From Tubiluchus corallicola (taxonomy: Eukaryota; Animalia; Priapulida): DNA of 64,000 bases. Position numbers and translations under genes: made by a program. This document shows, piece after piece, positions 53,471 to 63,973 of this stretch. Positions within the stretch are counted from its first letter, which is position 1. Each line of letters starts with the position of its first letter. The stretch covers positions 250,941 to 314,940 of the forward strand of contig JAQGDQ010000265.1 of NCBI GenBank assembly GCA_030141605.1. Reading direction: 5' to 3'. The notes below the pieces were generated by a model. It was given only the letters and a program-made list of their open reading frames with translations. It was not told the DNA's origin and ran no database searches.

Positions 53471-54460
53471 ATGGAAAATAATAAACAAGTTTTAGTTACA
53501 GGAGCTGATGGCTTTATTGGATCTCATTTAACAGAATTGTTATTAGAAAAGGGAGCTCATGTAAAGGCTCTTTCTTTGTATAACTCATTCAATTACTGGG
53601 GATGGTTGGAAGATGTAAAAGAAAATGATAAGCTTGAAGTAGTATCAGGAGATATTCGTGATCCTCACTTTTGTAAACACCTAACAAAAGACATTGATGT
53701 GATTTATCACTTAGGAGCATTAATAGCAATTCCGTACTCTTATTTAGCGCCTGATTCTTATGTAGATACAAATATAAAAGGAACCTTAAATATTTGTCAA
53801 GCAGCAATAGAAAACGGATGTAAACGTGTGATACATACCTCTACATCAGAAGTATATGGGACAGCTCAATATATTCCTATAGATGAAAAACATCCCAAAC
53901 AACCACAGTCTCCTTACTCTGCTTCTAAAATTGGAGCAGATGCAATGGCAATGAGCTTTTATAATGCCTTTAACCTACCAGTAACGATAGTTCGCCCTTT
54001 CAATACTTATGGTCCCAGACAATCAGCCAGAGCTATTATCCCTACAATCATTACACAAATTGCAAATGGAGTAGAAGAAATTAAACTAGGAGATCTTTCC
54101 CCAACAAGGGATTTTAACTTTGTAGAAGATACTGCTGCTGGATTTATAGCTGTTTCAGAGTGTGATTCCTTAATAGGAGAAGAAGTTAATATCTGTTCTA
54201 ACTTTGAAATATCAATGAAAGATACTTTAGAGCTGATAAAGAAAATTATGAACTCTAATGTTAGATTTGTAACAGAACAGCAACGTATCAGACCAGAAAA
54301 ATCAGAAGTGTTTAGACTTTGGGGAGACAATACAAAACTATTAAAACACACTGGGTTTAAAACAAAATATTCTATTGAAGAAGGACTGAAAAAAACCTGT
54401 GAGTGGTTTGCAGATTTGGATAACCTGAAAAAGTATAAAGCTAGCATTTATAATGTATAA
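53471..54460 (+). CDS. legB: NAD-dependent 4,6-dehydratase, LegB-like
   Basis: VTGADGFIGSHL, ALIAIPYSY, STSEVYG, YSASK and RPFNTYGPRQSARA motifs. Confidence 0.85.
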   Translation: MENNKQVLVTGADGFIGSHLTELLLEKGAHVKALSLYNSFNYWGWLEDVKENDKLEVVSGDIRDPHFCKHLTKDIDVIYHLGALIAIPYSYLAPDSYVDTNIKGTLNICQAAIENGCKRVIHTSTSEVYGTAQYIPIDEKHPKQPQSPYSASKIGADAMAMSFYNAFNLPVTIVRPFNTYGPRQSARAIIPTIITQIANGVEEIKLGDLSPTRDFNFVEDTAAGFIAVSECDSLIGEEVNICSNFEISMKDTLELIKKIMNSNVRFVTEQQRIRPEKSEVFRLWGDNTKLLKHTGFKTKYSIEEGLKKTCEWFADLDNLKKYKASIYNV

Positions 54461-55598
54461 AGATATTGTAACCTATATAAGAAAACTCTATAACACAGAA
54501 AGCTTTATTCCTCTTCACGAACCGAGATTCTATGGCAATGAGCGAAAGTATGTTATGGATGCAATTGACTCAACATTTGTTTCTTCAGTAGGAGAATATG
54601 TGAACCGTTTCGAAACCATGATGGCAGAAGTAGCAGGAACACGTTATGCTGTGGCAACTGTAAACGGAACAGCCTCTTTGCATATTGCACTGATACTTTC
54701 CGGAGTGAAAAAAGGCACAGAAGTCATCACCCAGCCATTAACCTTTGTGGCTACTGCTAATGCAATTACTTATACAGGTGCTGTTCCCGTGTTTGTAGAT
54801 GTTGATAAAACAACACTTGGCCTTTCTCCAGATGCGTTGAGAGATTTCTTAGAAAACAAAACAGAACAAAGAGGAGGTTTCTGTATTAACAAAAATACCG
54901 GAAGACAAGTTACAGCATGTGTGCCGATGCACACTTTTGGTTTTCCCTGTAGGATTGATAAAATAGTAGAAATATGCAATACCCATAACATTCAAGTGGT
55001 TGAGGACGCAGCAGAATCAATAGGAAGTAAATACAAAGGACAAGCAACAGGGAGTTTTGGAAATCTGGGGATCTTTAGTTTTAATGGAAATAAAACCGTT
55101 ACTTGTGGGGGAGGTGGAGCAATTACCACAAATGACGAAAAACTAGCTAAACTGGCAAAACACATTACAACAACAGCAAAAGTCCCTCATAAATGGGAGT
55201 ATATACATGATATGCCAGCCTACAATTATCGAATGCCTAACTTGAATGCAGCAATGGCTTGCGCACAGCTGGAACAACTGGATGATTTTATAAAACGAAA
55301 AAGAACTCAGGCGCGTAAGTATGCTGATCTTTTTGAAAAAACCAACATCCGATTCTTGACAGAAGAAAAAGATGCATTTGCAAACTACTGGTTAATGTCT
55401 ATTGTCTTCAATAACTTTGAAGAAAGAGAAAAGTTTTTGACATATACAAACGAAAAGGGAGTTATGACACGTCCAATTTGGAAGTTAATGCATAAGCTGG
55501 CTATGTATAAAGATTGTGAGGTAGCTTCTTCAGATAATGCAGAGTGGTTAGAAGAAAAAGTTGTAAATATACCTAGTAGTGTAATTAGTAATGGATAA
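54453..55598 (+). CDS. legC: LegC-family aminotransferase
   Basis: IPLHEP, NGTASLH, EDAAES, SFNGNK and YNYRMPNLNAA motifs. Confidence 0.88.
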   Translation: MYKDIVTYIRKLYNTESFIPLHEPRFYGNERKYVMDAIDSTFVSSVGEYVNRFETMMAEVAGTRYAVATVNGTASLHIALILSGVKKGTEVITQPLTFVATANAITYTGAVPVFVDVDKTTLGLSPDALRDFLENKTEQRGGFCINKNTGRQVTACVPMHTFGFPCRIDKIVEICNTHNIQVVEDAAESIGSKYKGQATGSFGNLGIFSFNGNKTVTCGGGGAITTNDEKLAKLAKHITTTAKVPHKWEYIHDMPAYNYRMPNLNAAMACAQLEQLDDFIKRKRTQARKYADLFEKTNIRFLTEEKDAFANYWLMSIVFNNFEEREKFLTYTNEKGVMTRPIWKLMHKLAMYKDCEVASSDNAEWLEEKVVNIPSSVISNG

Positions 55599-56220
55599 AA
55601 AAGAAATTATTCTTGTTGGTGGTGGTGGGCACTGTAAGTCTTGTATAGATGTAATTGAACAAGAAAATAAATATACAATTGCAGGAATTGTTGATTTGCC
55701 CGAGAAAATTGGGGAAAAAGTACTAGGATATCCAATTATTGCTTCTGATGAAGATTTAACACTTCTTGCCCAAAAGTATAACTACTTTCTAATAACTGTC
55801 GGGCAGATTAAAAACGCGAACTTGAGAAAGAAATTTTTTAACAGATTGAAAAAATTAGGTGTAGAATTACCTATAATAAAATCGCCTTTAGCCTATGTAA
55901 GTGAATATGCACAAGTTGGAGCTGGTAGTATCATTATGCATAGAACCACTGTAAATGCAGAAGCTGTTGTTGGACACAACTGTATCTTGAACACAGGATG
56001 CTTGCTTGAGCATGAAGTGGTAGTGGGAGACCATTGTCATATTTCTACGAACGCAGTCATTAATGGTCAAACGCATTTAGGGAATGAATGCTTTGTGGGA
56101 AGTAATACTGTACTCGCAAATAATATTAATGTTGCTGATAATTCAATAATTTCAGCTGGGAGTAATGTAACCAATAAACCAACCAGGGATATATTCAGGA
56201 GAGCCCATAAGAAAAATTAA
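55591..56220 (+). CDS. NeuD/PglD-family hexapeptide acetyltransferase
   Basis: GGGGHCKSCIDVI, left-handed beta-helix repeats and LEHE. The C-terminus looks frameshifted. Confidence 0.85.
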   Translation: MDKKEIILVGGGGHCKSCIDVIEQENKYTIAGIVDLPEKIGEKVLGYPIIASDEDLTLLAQKYNYFLITVGQIKNANLRKKFFNRLKKLGVELPIIKSPLAYVSEYAQVGAGSIIMHRTTVNAEAVVGHNCILNTGCLLEHEVVVGDHCHISTNAVINGQTHLGNECFVGSNTVLANNINVADNSIISAGSNVTNKPTRDIFRRAHKKN

Positions 56221-56226
56221 ATAATT

Positions 56227-57234
56227 GTGAAAACGTTAATAATTGCAGAAGCAGGAGTAAACCATAACGGAAACCTTCAAATTGCTAAGAAGCTAATAAT
56301 TGAAGCAGCTAAAGCTGGAGCTGACTATGTAAAATTTCAAGTCTTTATAGCAGAATTAAATATAGTAGAAACCGCAGAGAAAGCAGTATACCAAAAAAAG
56401 AATACAAGTGATAGTTCAGAAACGCAGTTAGAGATGGTGCGGAAATTAGAACTAAGCTTTGAACAGTTTGAGCAACTTCAGCAAATTTGCAGAAATAATC
56501 ACATAGGTTTTCTTGCAACAGGTTTTGATCATCCAAGTATAGACTTTCTTGCAGAGCTCAACATCCCCTTTTTTAAAATTCCTTCTGGAGAGATTACCAA
56601 TAAACCATACCTACAACATATTGCTAAAAAAGGGAAACCACTTATTGTAAGTACAGGTATGGCAAATATGGAAGAAATAAAGAAGGTGTTAGATGTTTTT
56701 ACAGAAGAAGGGATAAGTAAAAACGACATAACTGTATTGCACTGTAATACAGAATACCCCACTCCAATGCGAGATGTAAATTTAAAAGCCATGAATACTA
56801 TCAAAGAAAACCTTGGAGTTACTATAGGCTACTCAGATCATACTTTAGGAATTGAAGTGTCTATAGCAGCAGTAGCCCTTGGAGCAAAGGTAATAGAAAA
56901 GCATTTTACACTTGATAGAAACATGGATGGCCCGGATCATAGAGCATCTCTAGAGCCTGGTGAGTTGAAAACAATGATCGAAGCAATTCGAAATGTAGAA
57001 TTAGCTATTTCTGGATCAGGCATAAAAGAACCAAGCCCGAGCGAACAAAAAAATATAAATATTGCTCGAAAAAGTATTGTAGCAGCAAAGAAAATAACGA
57101 AAGGCGAGGTATTTACTGACGAAAACCTGACTGTTAAACGTCCGGGAAAAGGAATGAGCCCAATGAAGTGGAATGAAATACTGGGAAAGGTAGCTAAAAG
57201 ATCATTTGAAAAAGACGAATTGATTGAAATATAG
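56227..57234 (+). CDS. neuB: Nonulosonate synthase (NeuB/LegI)
   Basis: IIAEAGVNHNG, KIPSGEITN, GYSDHT, IEKHFTLD and a SAF domain. Confidence 0.92.
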   Translation: MKTLIIAEAGVNHNGNLQIAKKLIIEAAKAGADYVKFQVFIAELNIVETAEKAVYQKKNTSDSSETQLEMVRKLELSFEQFEQLQQICRNNHIGFLATGFDHPSIDFLAELNIPFFKIPSGEITNKPYLQHIAKKGKPLIVSTGMANMEEIKKVLDVFTEEGISKNDITVLHCNTEYPTPMRDVNLKAMNTIKENLGVTIGYSDHTLGIEVSIAAVALGAKVIEKHFTLDRNMDGPDHRASLEPGELKTMIEAIRNVELAISGSGIKEPSPSEQKNINIARKSIVAAKKITKGEVFTDENLTVKRPGKGMSPMKWNEILGKVAKRSFEKDELIEI

Positions 57235-57262
57235 GAAATAGATTAATAATTACAATTATAAT

Positions 57263-58015
57263 ATGAAGATTGTTTTTATAGGAACAGTTTTGTTTAGTGA
57301 AAAGATTCTGTCAAAACTGATAGAGCTAAAAGCAAATATTGTTGGAGTCATAACTAAAGAAGAATCAGACTTTAATTCAGACTTTGTTGATCTGTCAGAA
57401 ATAGCTACAAAAAACGAACTTCCTTTTAAATATGTAGACAATATAAACAAAGAGGAGAATATAAACTGGATAAAAGAAAAAACCCCAGATATTATCTTTT
57501 GCTTTGGGTGGTCTCAACTATTAAAAAAAGAAGTTTTGAATACTCCTAAAATGGGAGTTGTTGGCTTCCATCCAGCGAAACTACCTATGAATAGAGGGAG
57601 GCATCTCCTGATCTGGACCTTGGCATTAGGTTTAGAGGTATCTACTTCTACTTTCTTCTTCATGTCCGAAGGAGCTGATGATGGAGATATCCTATCACAA
57701 TCCGAGGTTGATGTATCAAGTTCAGATGATGCTTATAGTTTATACAACAAAATAGTGAGAACAGGAGTAGAGCAAGTAGAAAAGGTTTATCCAGAATTAT
57801 GTAATGGTACGTACAAAAGAGAAAAACAGAATCATAGTTTGGCTAATTATTGGAGGAAAAGAAATAAAAATGACGGATTAATTGATTTTAGAATGAATGC
57901 AAGTACCATATATAATCAAGTAAGAGCACTTACCAGATCTTATGTTGGAACCCGTATATTCTCTTTAGTAAACAGAATAGTAATCCCTATTCTATATAAA
58001 CGATATAAAATATGA
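57263..58015 (+). CDS. Sugar N-formyltransferase (Fmt-like), possibly C-truncated
   Basis: MKIVFIGT, FCFGWSQLL, GFHPAKLPMNRGRH and ADDGDILSQ motifs. Confidence 0.8.
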   Translation: MKIVFIGTVLFSEKILSKLIELKANIVGVITKEESDFNSDFVDLSEIATKNELPFKYVDNINKEENINWIKEKTPDIIFCFGWSQLLKKEVLNTPKMGVVGFHPAKLPMNRGRHLLIWTLALGLEVSTSTFFFMSEGADDGDILSQSEVDVSSSDDAYSLYNKIVRTGVEQVEKVYPELCNGTYKREKQNHSLANYWRKRNKNDGLIDFRMNASTIYNQVRALTRSYVGTRIFSLVNRIVIPILYKRYKI

Positions 58016-59172
58016 AAAAAATATGCGTATTTACTGGTACACGGGCAGAATATGGTTTGCTTTTTCAGCTAATAAAAAAACTCAAACATGATGACCAGTT
58101 AAAACTGCAGCTAATAGCAACAGGTATGCATTTATCACCTGAGTTTGGATTGACTTATAAGGAGATAGAAAAAGATGGGTTCTCGATAGACAAAAAAATT
58201 GAAATATTGCTTTCTTCTGATACAGCAGTAGGAATTTCTAAAACAATAGGACTGGCACAAATCTCATTCGCAGAAGCTTTAGAAGGTCTAGAGCCAGACT
58301 TACTCATAATATTGGGAGACAGAACAGAGGCTTTTGCAGTAGCCAGCTCCGCGTTAATCGCAGGAATTCCCATTGCTCACATACATGGGGGAGAATTAAC
58401 AGAAGGTGTTTATGATGATGCGATAAGACATTCAATAACAAAAATGAGTCATCTACACTTTACCTCAACAGAAGATTATCGTAAAAGAGTTATCCAATTG
58501 GGAGAACAGCCCTCTACTGTTTTCAATGTAGGAGCAATAGGCCTAGATAACATAAAACACCTAAAATTATTAAATAAAAAGGATCTTGAAAAAGCAATTG
58601 GTTTTAAACTAGGGAAAAAGAACATCTTGGCCACCTTCCATCCTGTAACATTGGAAAATTTGACAGCACAAGAACAGTTTAATGAACTGTTAAAGGTTTT
58701 TGAAGAATTACCGGATACTCATATTATTTTTACAAAGCCAAACTCTGATAAAGGAGGGAGAATCATAACTCATATGATAGATACTTTTGTAAAAAAATAT
58801 CCTGAAAGATCTGTTGAATTTGAATCTTTAGGGCAATTAAGATACCTTTCTACTATGAAACATGTAGATATTGTTATAGGTAACTCTTCGAGTGGAATTC
58901 TTGAAGCACCCGCTTTTAATATGCCTACTGTTAATATTGGAGACAGACAAAAAGGACGAATCATGGGAGAAACCATTTTAAACTGTGAGCCTAATAAAAA
59001 TAGCATCAGGAAATCAATAGAAAAGGCCTTTCAGTTTAATCGGAATATCAAAAGAGGATATCCTTATGGAAACGGAACTGCTTCAGAAAAAATATTGAAA
59101 ATCCTAAAAGAAACAAGCTCAATAGATATTAAGAAAATTTTCTACGATTGTAAAATATCAGGAGATGAATGA
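58012..59172 (+). CDS. neuC: Hydrolysing NDP-sugar 2-epimerase (NeuC/LegG)
   Basis: TGTRAEYG, TGMHLS, LGDR, HIHGGE and GNSSSG motifs. Confidence 0.92.
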   Translation: MKKICVFTGTRAEYGLLFQLIKKLKHDDQLKLQLIATGMHLSPEFGLTYKEIEKDGFSIDKKIEILLSSDTAVGISKTIGLAQISFAEALEGLEPDLLIILGDRTEAFAVASSALIAGIPIAHIHGGELTEGVYDDAIRHSITKMSHLHFTSTEDYRKRVIQLGEQPSTVFNVGAIGLDNIKHLKLLNKKDLEKAIGFKLGKKNILATFHPVTLENLTAQEQFNELLKVFEELPDTHIIFTKPNSDKGGRIITHMIDTFVKKYPERSVEFESLGQLRYLSTMKHVDIVIGNSSSGILEAPAFNMPTVNIGDRQKGRIMGETILNCEPNKNSIRKSIEKAFQFNRNIKRGYPYGNGTASEKILKILKETSSIDIKKIFYDCKISGDE

Positions 59173-60205
59173 TTTCTCTAAAAGTATAATATACCATTCA
59201 GAAAGTGCTCTAGAAGCCTTGAAGAAATTAAATAAAGTTCCAAAAACTTTGACACTATTTGTTCTAGATGAAAATAAATGTTTAACAGGAACACTTACTG
59301 ATGGTGATATTCGCAGGGGGTTGATTAACGGTTTATCTGTGAATGATATGGTTACGGCATTTATGTCAACTAGATTTCATAAAATAGAAAATGGCTTTTC
59401 AGTATGGGATCTTAGAAGAGTACGTGATTTAGGCATAAGGTTACTTCCTCTTCTTGATGAGCACCAGCGCATAATAAAGGTTTATGATCTGAAGAAGCGA
59501 AAAAGTATCCTTCCGCTTGAGTGTATGATTATGGCTGGAGGAAAAGGAAAACGATTACGACCACTTACAGAAATCAAGCCAAAGCCCATGTTACCATTGG
59601 GGAATAAGCCCATTATTGAACACAATATTGATCGGTTAGTCAGGTATGGAATTGAAAAATTTTATATATCTGTTAAATATCTGGGGCAGCAAATTGTAGA
59701 TTATCTTGGAGATGGATCTTCAAAAGGAGTTTCAATTGAATATGTTTGGGAAGACAAACCTTTAGGTACTGCAGGAGCATTATCTTTGGTGACTAATTTT
59801 CAGTCTGATCACATTCTGGTAATGAATAGTGACTTATTTACTGATGTTGACTTTGAGGATTTATACCTGAATACTTTGAATGCTTACGCCGAAATAGGAA
59901 TTTCGTCAGTACCCTACACAGTAAATATTCCATATGCTATTTTTGATGGAGATGGTAATAGAGTATTGTCCTTTAAAGAAAAACCTAATAATACATACTA
60001 TGCTAATGCAGGCATATATATTCTAAAAAAAGAAATAGTTAAGCGAGTTCCTTATAATGAGTTTTATAATATTACAGACTTAATTCAGGATGTATTGGAT
60101 AGTGGAGGCAATGTTATACAAAATCCAATTTTTGGTTATTGGATTGATATTGGAAGACATGAAGATTATAATAAAGCACAAGAAATCGAAAAACATATTA
60201 GATAA
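59165..60205 (+). CDS. CBS-domain nucleotidyltransferase (PtmE-like)
   Basis: GTLTDGDIRR CBS motif, MAGGKGKRLRPLT and PLGTAGAL motifs. Confidence 0.88.
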   Translation: MNDFSKSIIYHSESALEALKKLNKVPKTLTLFVLDENKCLTGTLTDGDIRRGLINGLSVNDMVTAFMSTRFHKIENGFSVWDLRRVRDLGIRLLPLLDEHQRIIKVYDLKKRKSILPLECMIMAGGKGKRLRPLTEIKPKPMLPLGNKPIIEHNIDRLVRYGIEKFYISVKYLGQQIVDYLGDGSSKGVSIEYVWEDKPLGTAGALSLVTNFQSDHILVMNSDLFTDVDFEDLYLNTLNAYAEIGISSVPYTVNIPYAIFDGDGNRVLSFKEKPNNTYYANAGIYILKKEIVKRVPYNEFYNITDLIQDVLDSGGNVIQNPIFGYWIDIGRHEDYNKAQEIEKHIR

Positions 60206-60931
60206 ATGAAAATATTAATAACCGTATGCGCACGAGGGGGATCTAAAGGAATTCCTAAAAAAAACATAAAAAAAATTTTAGGGAAACCACTTTTGCATTA
60301 TTCTCTTGAGCAGGCAATTGAGTTAAAAAAAAGATGGAAATATGAAGTTGAAATTATAGTATCCACAGATTGTAATGAAATTTTAGACTGTGCGAGACAA
60401 GCGGGTATAGAGTGTCCATATATACGTCCGGATTTTTTAGCAACAGATACTATAGGAAAAGTAGATGTGTTATATGATGCACTTTTCTTCTCTGAAGACC
60501 ATTTTAAGTGTGAGTTTGACTATTTGTTAGATTTGGATGTAAGCTCTCCGTTGAGGACCTTGAAAGATATTCAGGATGCTTTAGATTTAATAGAGTCTGA
60601 CGCTAATGCTTTAAATTTATTTTCAGTCAGTCTCGCAAATAGAAATCCCTACTTTAATATGGTAGAAAAAAAGAATAATGGATATTATTCATTGATTTGC
60701 AAGCCCGAAAATGATGTCCTTTCAAGACAAACCGCACCAAGTGTTTATGACTTAAATGGATCTTTTTATATTTACCGTAAAGAATTTTTTGATTTAAGAT
60801 TAAAAACAGCTGCTACAGAAAGGTCTATGATTTATGTAGTACCTCATATTTGTTTTGACTTGGATCATCCTATTGATTTTGACTTTATGACTTATCTTAT
60901 AGAGAATAAGAAACTAGACTTTAAGTTATGA
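60206..60931 (+). CDS. Acylneuraminate cytidylyltransferase (NeuA/LegF/PtmB-like)
   Basis: CARGGSKGIPKKN, STD, SPLR and RQTAP motifs. Confidence 0.9.
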   Translation: MKILITVCARGGSKGIPKKNIKKILGKPLLHYSLEQAIELKKRWKYEVEIIVSTDCNEILDCARQAGIECPYIRPDFLATDTIGKVDVLYDALFFSEDHFKCEFDYLLDLDVSSPLRTLKDIQDALDLIESDANALNLFSVSLANRNPYFNMVEKKNNGYYSLICKPENDVLSRQTAPSVYDLNGSFYIYRKEFFDLRLKTAATERSMIYVVPHICFDLDHPIDFDFMTYLIENKKLDFKL

Positions 60932-60934
60932 TCA

Positions 60935-61084
60935 TGAATATTCCGGTGAAAGTGTACACCCAATCCGGAGTAAAGAGTACAATCTGATTTTAGATAGTGC
61001 TAACTGACTAAAAATATTGTATTACTGTAGCATCTTTCAAAGTGGCACTGTTTGACCGAAAAGAGTGGCACGGTCACACCGAAA
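60935..61084. mobile_element. Short IS21-like end/MITE remnant
   Basis: Begins TGAATATTCCGGTGAAAGTGTACACC with a second subrepeat; inverted subrepeats AGTGGCAC...ACCGAAA at the far end, cut by IS256. Confidence 0.55.
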
Positions 61085-62326
61085 GACACTGTTTCACAAA
61101 GTGTGTAAACTAAAAAAATACCGAGGGTTTGGCTATTTATAGCTGGACCCTTTTTTCAAATATAACTAAGAACTGATTCAAGACAATGCCCCAGTTTCTG
61201 ATTGGCATTGACCATTTTTTAGTTGCTTCTCTGGTTGCCAAAAATACAGATTTCATTACAGCCTGGTCTGACGGGAATGAAAGTTTGTTTTTTGTGTATT
61301 TTCTGATTTTTCCGTTGAGATTCTCAATCAGGTTGGTTGTATAAATTATCTTTCTGATTTCCAGCGGAAACTCAAAGAATACTGTTAGGTCTTCCCAGTT
61401 GTCTCGCCAGCTTTTAATTGCGTAAGAGTATTTATCCTCCCAAGCTGCTGCAAAATCTTCTAAAGCTGCTTTTGCAGCCTCTTTTGTAGGGGCGTTATAG
61501 ATTTGCTTCATATCTTTTGTAAATGCCTTTTTATCTTTCCAAACCACGTATCTGCTTGCGTTACGGATTTGATGAACAACACATATTTGTGTTTTAGATT
61601 CAGGGAAAACAGTTCGGATAGTATCTGTAAAGCCATTCAAGTTATCTGTTGCCGTAATCAGGATATCGTTAACTCCACGGGCTTTCATATCGGTAAGTAC
61701 GTTCATCCAAAAGGCAGCGGACTCACTCTTGCCCAACCATAAGCCAAGAACCTCTTTTTTCCCATCTCTGCGAAGTCCTACGGCAATGTAAACGGTTTTG
61801 TTGACGACCTTAGAGTTCTCCCGCACTTTAAATACAATGCCATCCATCCAAACAATTAGGTATACAATTTCCAGAGGTCGGTTCTGCCACGCTACAATGT
61901 CGTTGGTGACTGAATCGGTAATCCTTGATATGGTGGATGTAGAAACTTCAAAACCGTATAGCTCCCGAATTTGCTCTTCAATATCGCTATTACTCATTCC
62001 TTTAGCATAAAACGAAACAATGATATTCTCTAAGCCATCGACCATGTTCCCTCCTTTGGGTACAATCATCGGATTAAACGAAGCATCACGGTCTCGGGGA
62101 ACCTGAATGTTGGATTCTCCCAGAGTGGTTCGGACTCTCTTCTCTGAATAGCCATTGCGGACATTCTGATTATCCGATTTTTGATTCTTATCATAGCCTA
62201 AATGACCATCGAGTTCTCCTTCAAGCATCTTTTCAATGCCTCGTTTTTGGAGCTCTTGTAAAAAACCATTGAGCTCTTCCCCTGAATTAAACTGTTCAAG
62301 GAAATCATCATTTAATAAATCTTCTT
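61085..62326 (-). mobile_element. IS256-family element, copy 2, interrupted at the transposase 5' end by IS1634-like copy 3
   Basis: Near-identical to 50549 onward; breaks within the first few codons of the transposase. Confidence 0.92.
62272..62326 (+). repeat. Inferred 55-bp direct repeat flanking IS1634-like copy 3
   Basis: 63974-64000 (27 bp visible) repeats 62272-62298; the remainder lies beyond the window. Confidence 0.8.
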
Positions 62327-63973
62327 CCTGTTTTGTGCATTGCAGCACCCAAGTTTATAATTTCATATTTAACAACTTTTTTTGCATTTCAGTTGGCTGT
62401 AATATTTTTGTTCTGACTTGTTTCGATTTGGGCAGAGTGTATTGCAGCTGCCTGATCTGCCGGATTTGTTCCAAGGCTTTTTCAGCAGAGATATCAATAT
62501 TATTTGCCTTCAATAACCTTTCCAGCTCTTTGTAAATGGCATAGGCTGTGAAACAAATACAGATATGGGCTTCAATGCGTTCTTTTAAGCGGTGATAAAC
62601 TGGCCGTATTCGTAAATCAGTTTTTGATATACGAAAAGCTTTTTCCACTTGCCACAACTGACTATAATTCCCGATAACATCTTTTCTCGGTAAATGGGTA
62701 TTGGTTACATAACCCTTCAACCCATCCCAAACTCTATCTGACTGGAACTTATCGTAGTCGATTTTAACGGCAATCTCCCCCGACAGATTCAGATATTTAT
62801 TATACCCGCGATTATTTATGTGATTCTTTGTTAGCTTGCCGGAAGCAACACGTTTTTCAAGTCTTTTTAAGCCCTTCTCTCTGTTTTTTTTATCGTTGAA
62901 GGCTCTTTTTTCTGAGAAGCTGATAATCAACCTTCCATTCTTGTTTTTCAACTCAACTGGCTTGTTTTCTTTAATATCAAGAGCTATAATTTTTTCTTTT
63001 ATTTTTTGACTTTCATTCTTTATCCGTCCTCCAAGTATGTACTCGTATTTGTTTTCAATCAAGGCATTTATGTTCTTCTGCGAGAGTAAAGCTGCATCGG
63101 CAACTACAATAGGCCTTTCGATATTAAATTTATTTTGAAAGGCTTCCAGAACAGGGATTAGTGTTTTTGTTTCAGAGGTGTTTCCCTCGAATATTTGATA
63201 GCCAATCGGGTATCCATATTTACCCACCAGTAAACCTATCATTATTTGCGGTTGTTGATGCTTGCCATCTTTGTTGAATCCGGGAATACGGTAGTCATCT
63301 TCTTCTGATACCTCAAAATACAATGTGGTCATATCATAAAATGCGACACTTATCTTTCCTTTTAGTAGCTTCCTGGTGTGCTTAAAGGTAAGTTGTTCAA
63401 TTTGTGGCTTTAAACTTGTATTTAGCTCGTCAAGGAAACGATAAATAGTGTGTACGCTAACATCTGTATTCAGGTGCTGTCTAAAATAGTCAACGGTTTT
63501 TAATTTGCTTCCCGGGTACACTAACCGACATAATACCAGGTTGCGAAAATAATTGCAGCACCCATCATCCGGAAAGTTAAAGACTTGATAAATTTTGCCT
63601 AAAATTAATTCACTTCCTACAACTTGTAAATGATTGTTTGCAATGCTGTCCACAAAGTTTTCAACCACCAAATCATCGTGTTCAACAAAAAGCGATTGCA
63701 TGCCCCTAAGCCGCTCTATCTCTGTGTTGGTAAGCAATAAAAGCAATTCTTCTTCCCGCTTTGTTTTTGCGCAACCTACGGTTTTTACAACCTTATATTT
63801 ACCATGATTTTTTGAGATTATCTGTACACTCACAGAACCACTCCGATTCTTATTTTTTCGGACAAACATGCATAAAATTAAGCATGCAGCACCCAAAATG
63901 CAAATTTGAAATTCCTATCTTACTGATAATCAGTAGTGCATTCTTGGGGCGTCGTTGTGGTGCACAAAACAGG
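62327..63973 (-). mobile_element. IS1634-like element, copy 3 (1647 bp)
   Basis: Same TIRs as copies 1 and 2; intact transposase ORF. Confidence 0.93.
62355..63869 (-). CDS. IS1634-family transposase
   Basis: Nearly identical to copy 1 (a few amino-acid differences). Confidence 0.92.
   Translation of the reverse strand: MFVRKNKNRSGSVSVQIISKNHGKYKVVKTVGCAKTKREEELLLLLTNTEIERLRGMQSLFVEHDDLVVENFVDSIANNHLQVVGSELILGKIYQVFNFPDDGCCNYFRNLVLCRLVYPGSKLKTVDYFRQHLNTDVSVHTIYRFLDELNTSLKPQIEQLTFKHTRKLLKGKISVAFYDMTTLYFEVSEEDDYRIPGFNKDGKHQQPQIMIGLLVGKYGYPIGYQIFEGNTSETKTLIPVLEAFQNKFNIERPIVVADAALLSQKNINALIENKYEYILGGRIKNESQKIKEKIIALDIKENKPVELKNKNGRLIISFSEKRAFNDKKNREKGLKRLEKRVASGKLTKNHINNRGYNKYLNLSGEIAVKIDYDKFQSDRVWDGLKGYVTNTHLPRKDVIGNYSQLWQVEKAFRISKTDLRIRPVYHRLKERIEAHICICFTAYAIYKELERLLKANNIDISAEKALEQIRQIRQLQYTLPKSKQVRTKILQPTEMQKKLLNMKL

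Noticed and set aside
995-62535. Numerous 60-200 aa ORFs antisense to or nested in annotated genes
   Set aside because: Shadow ORFs of well-supported genes, with no independent motifs.
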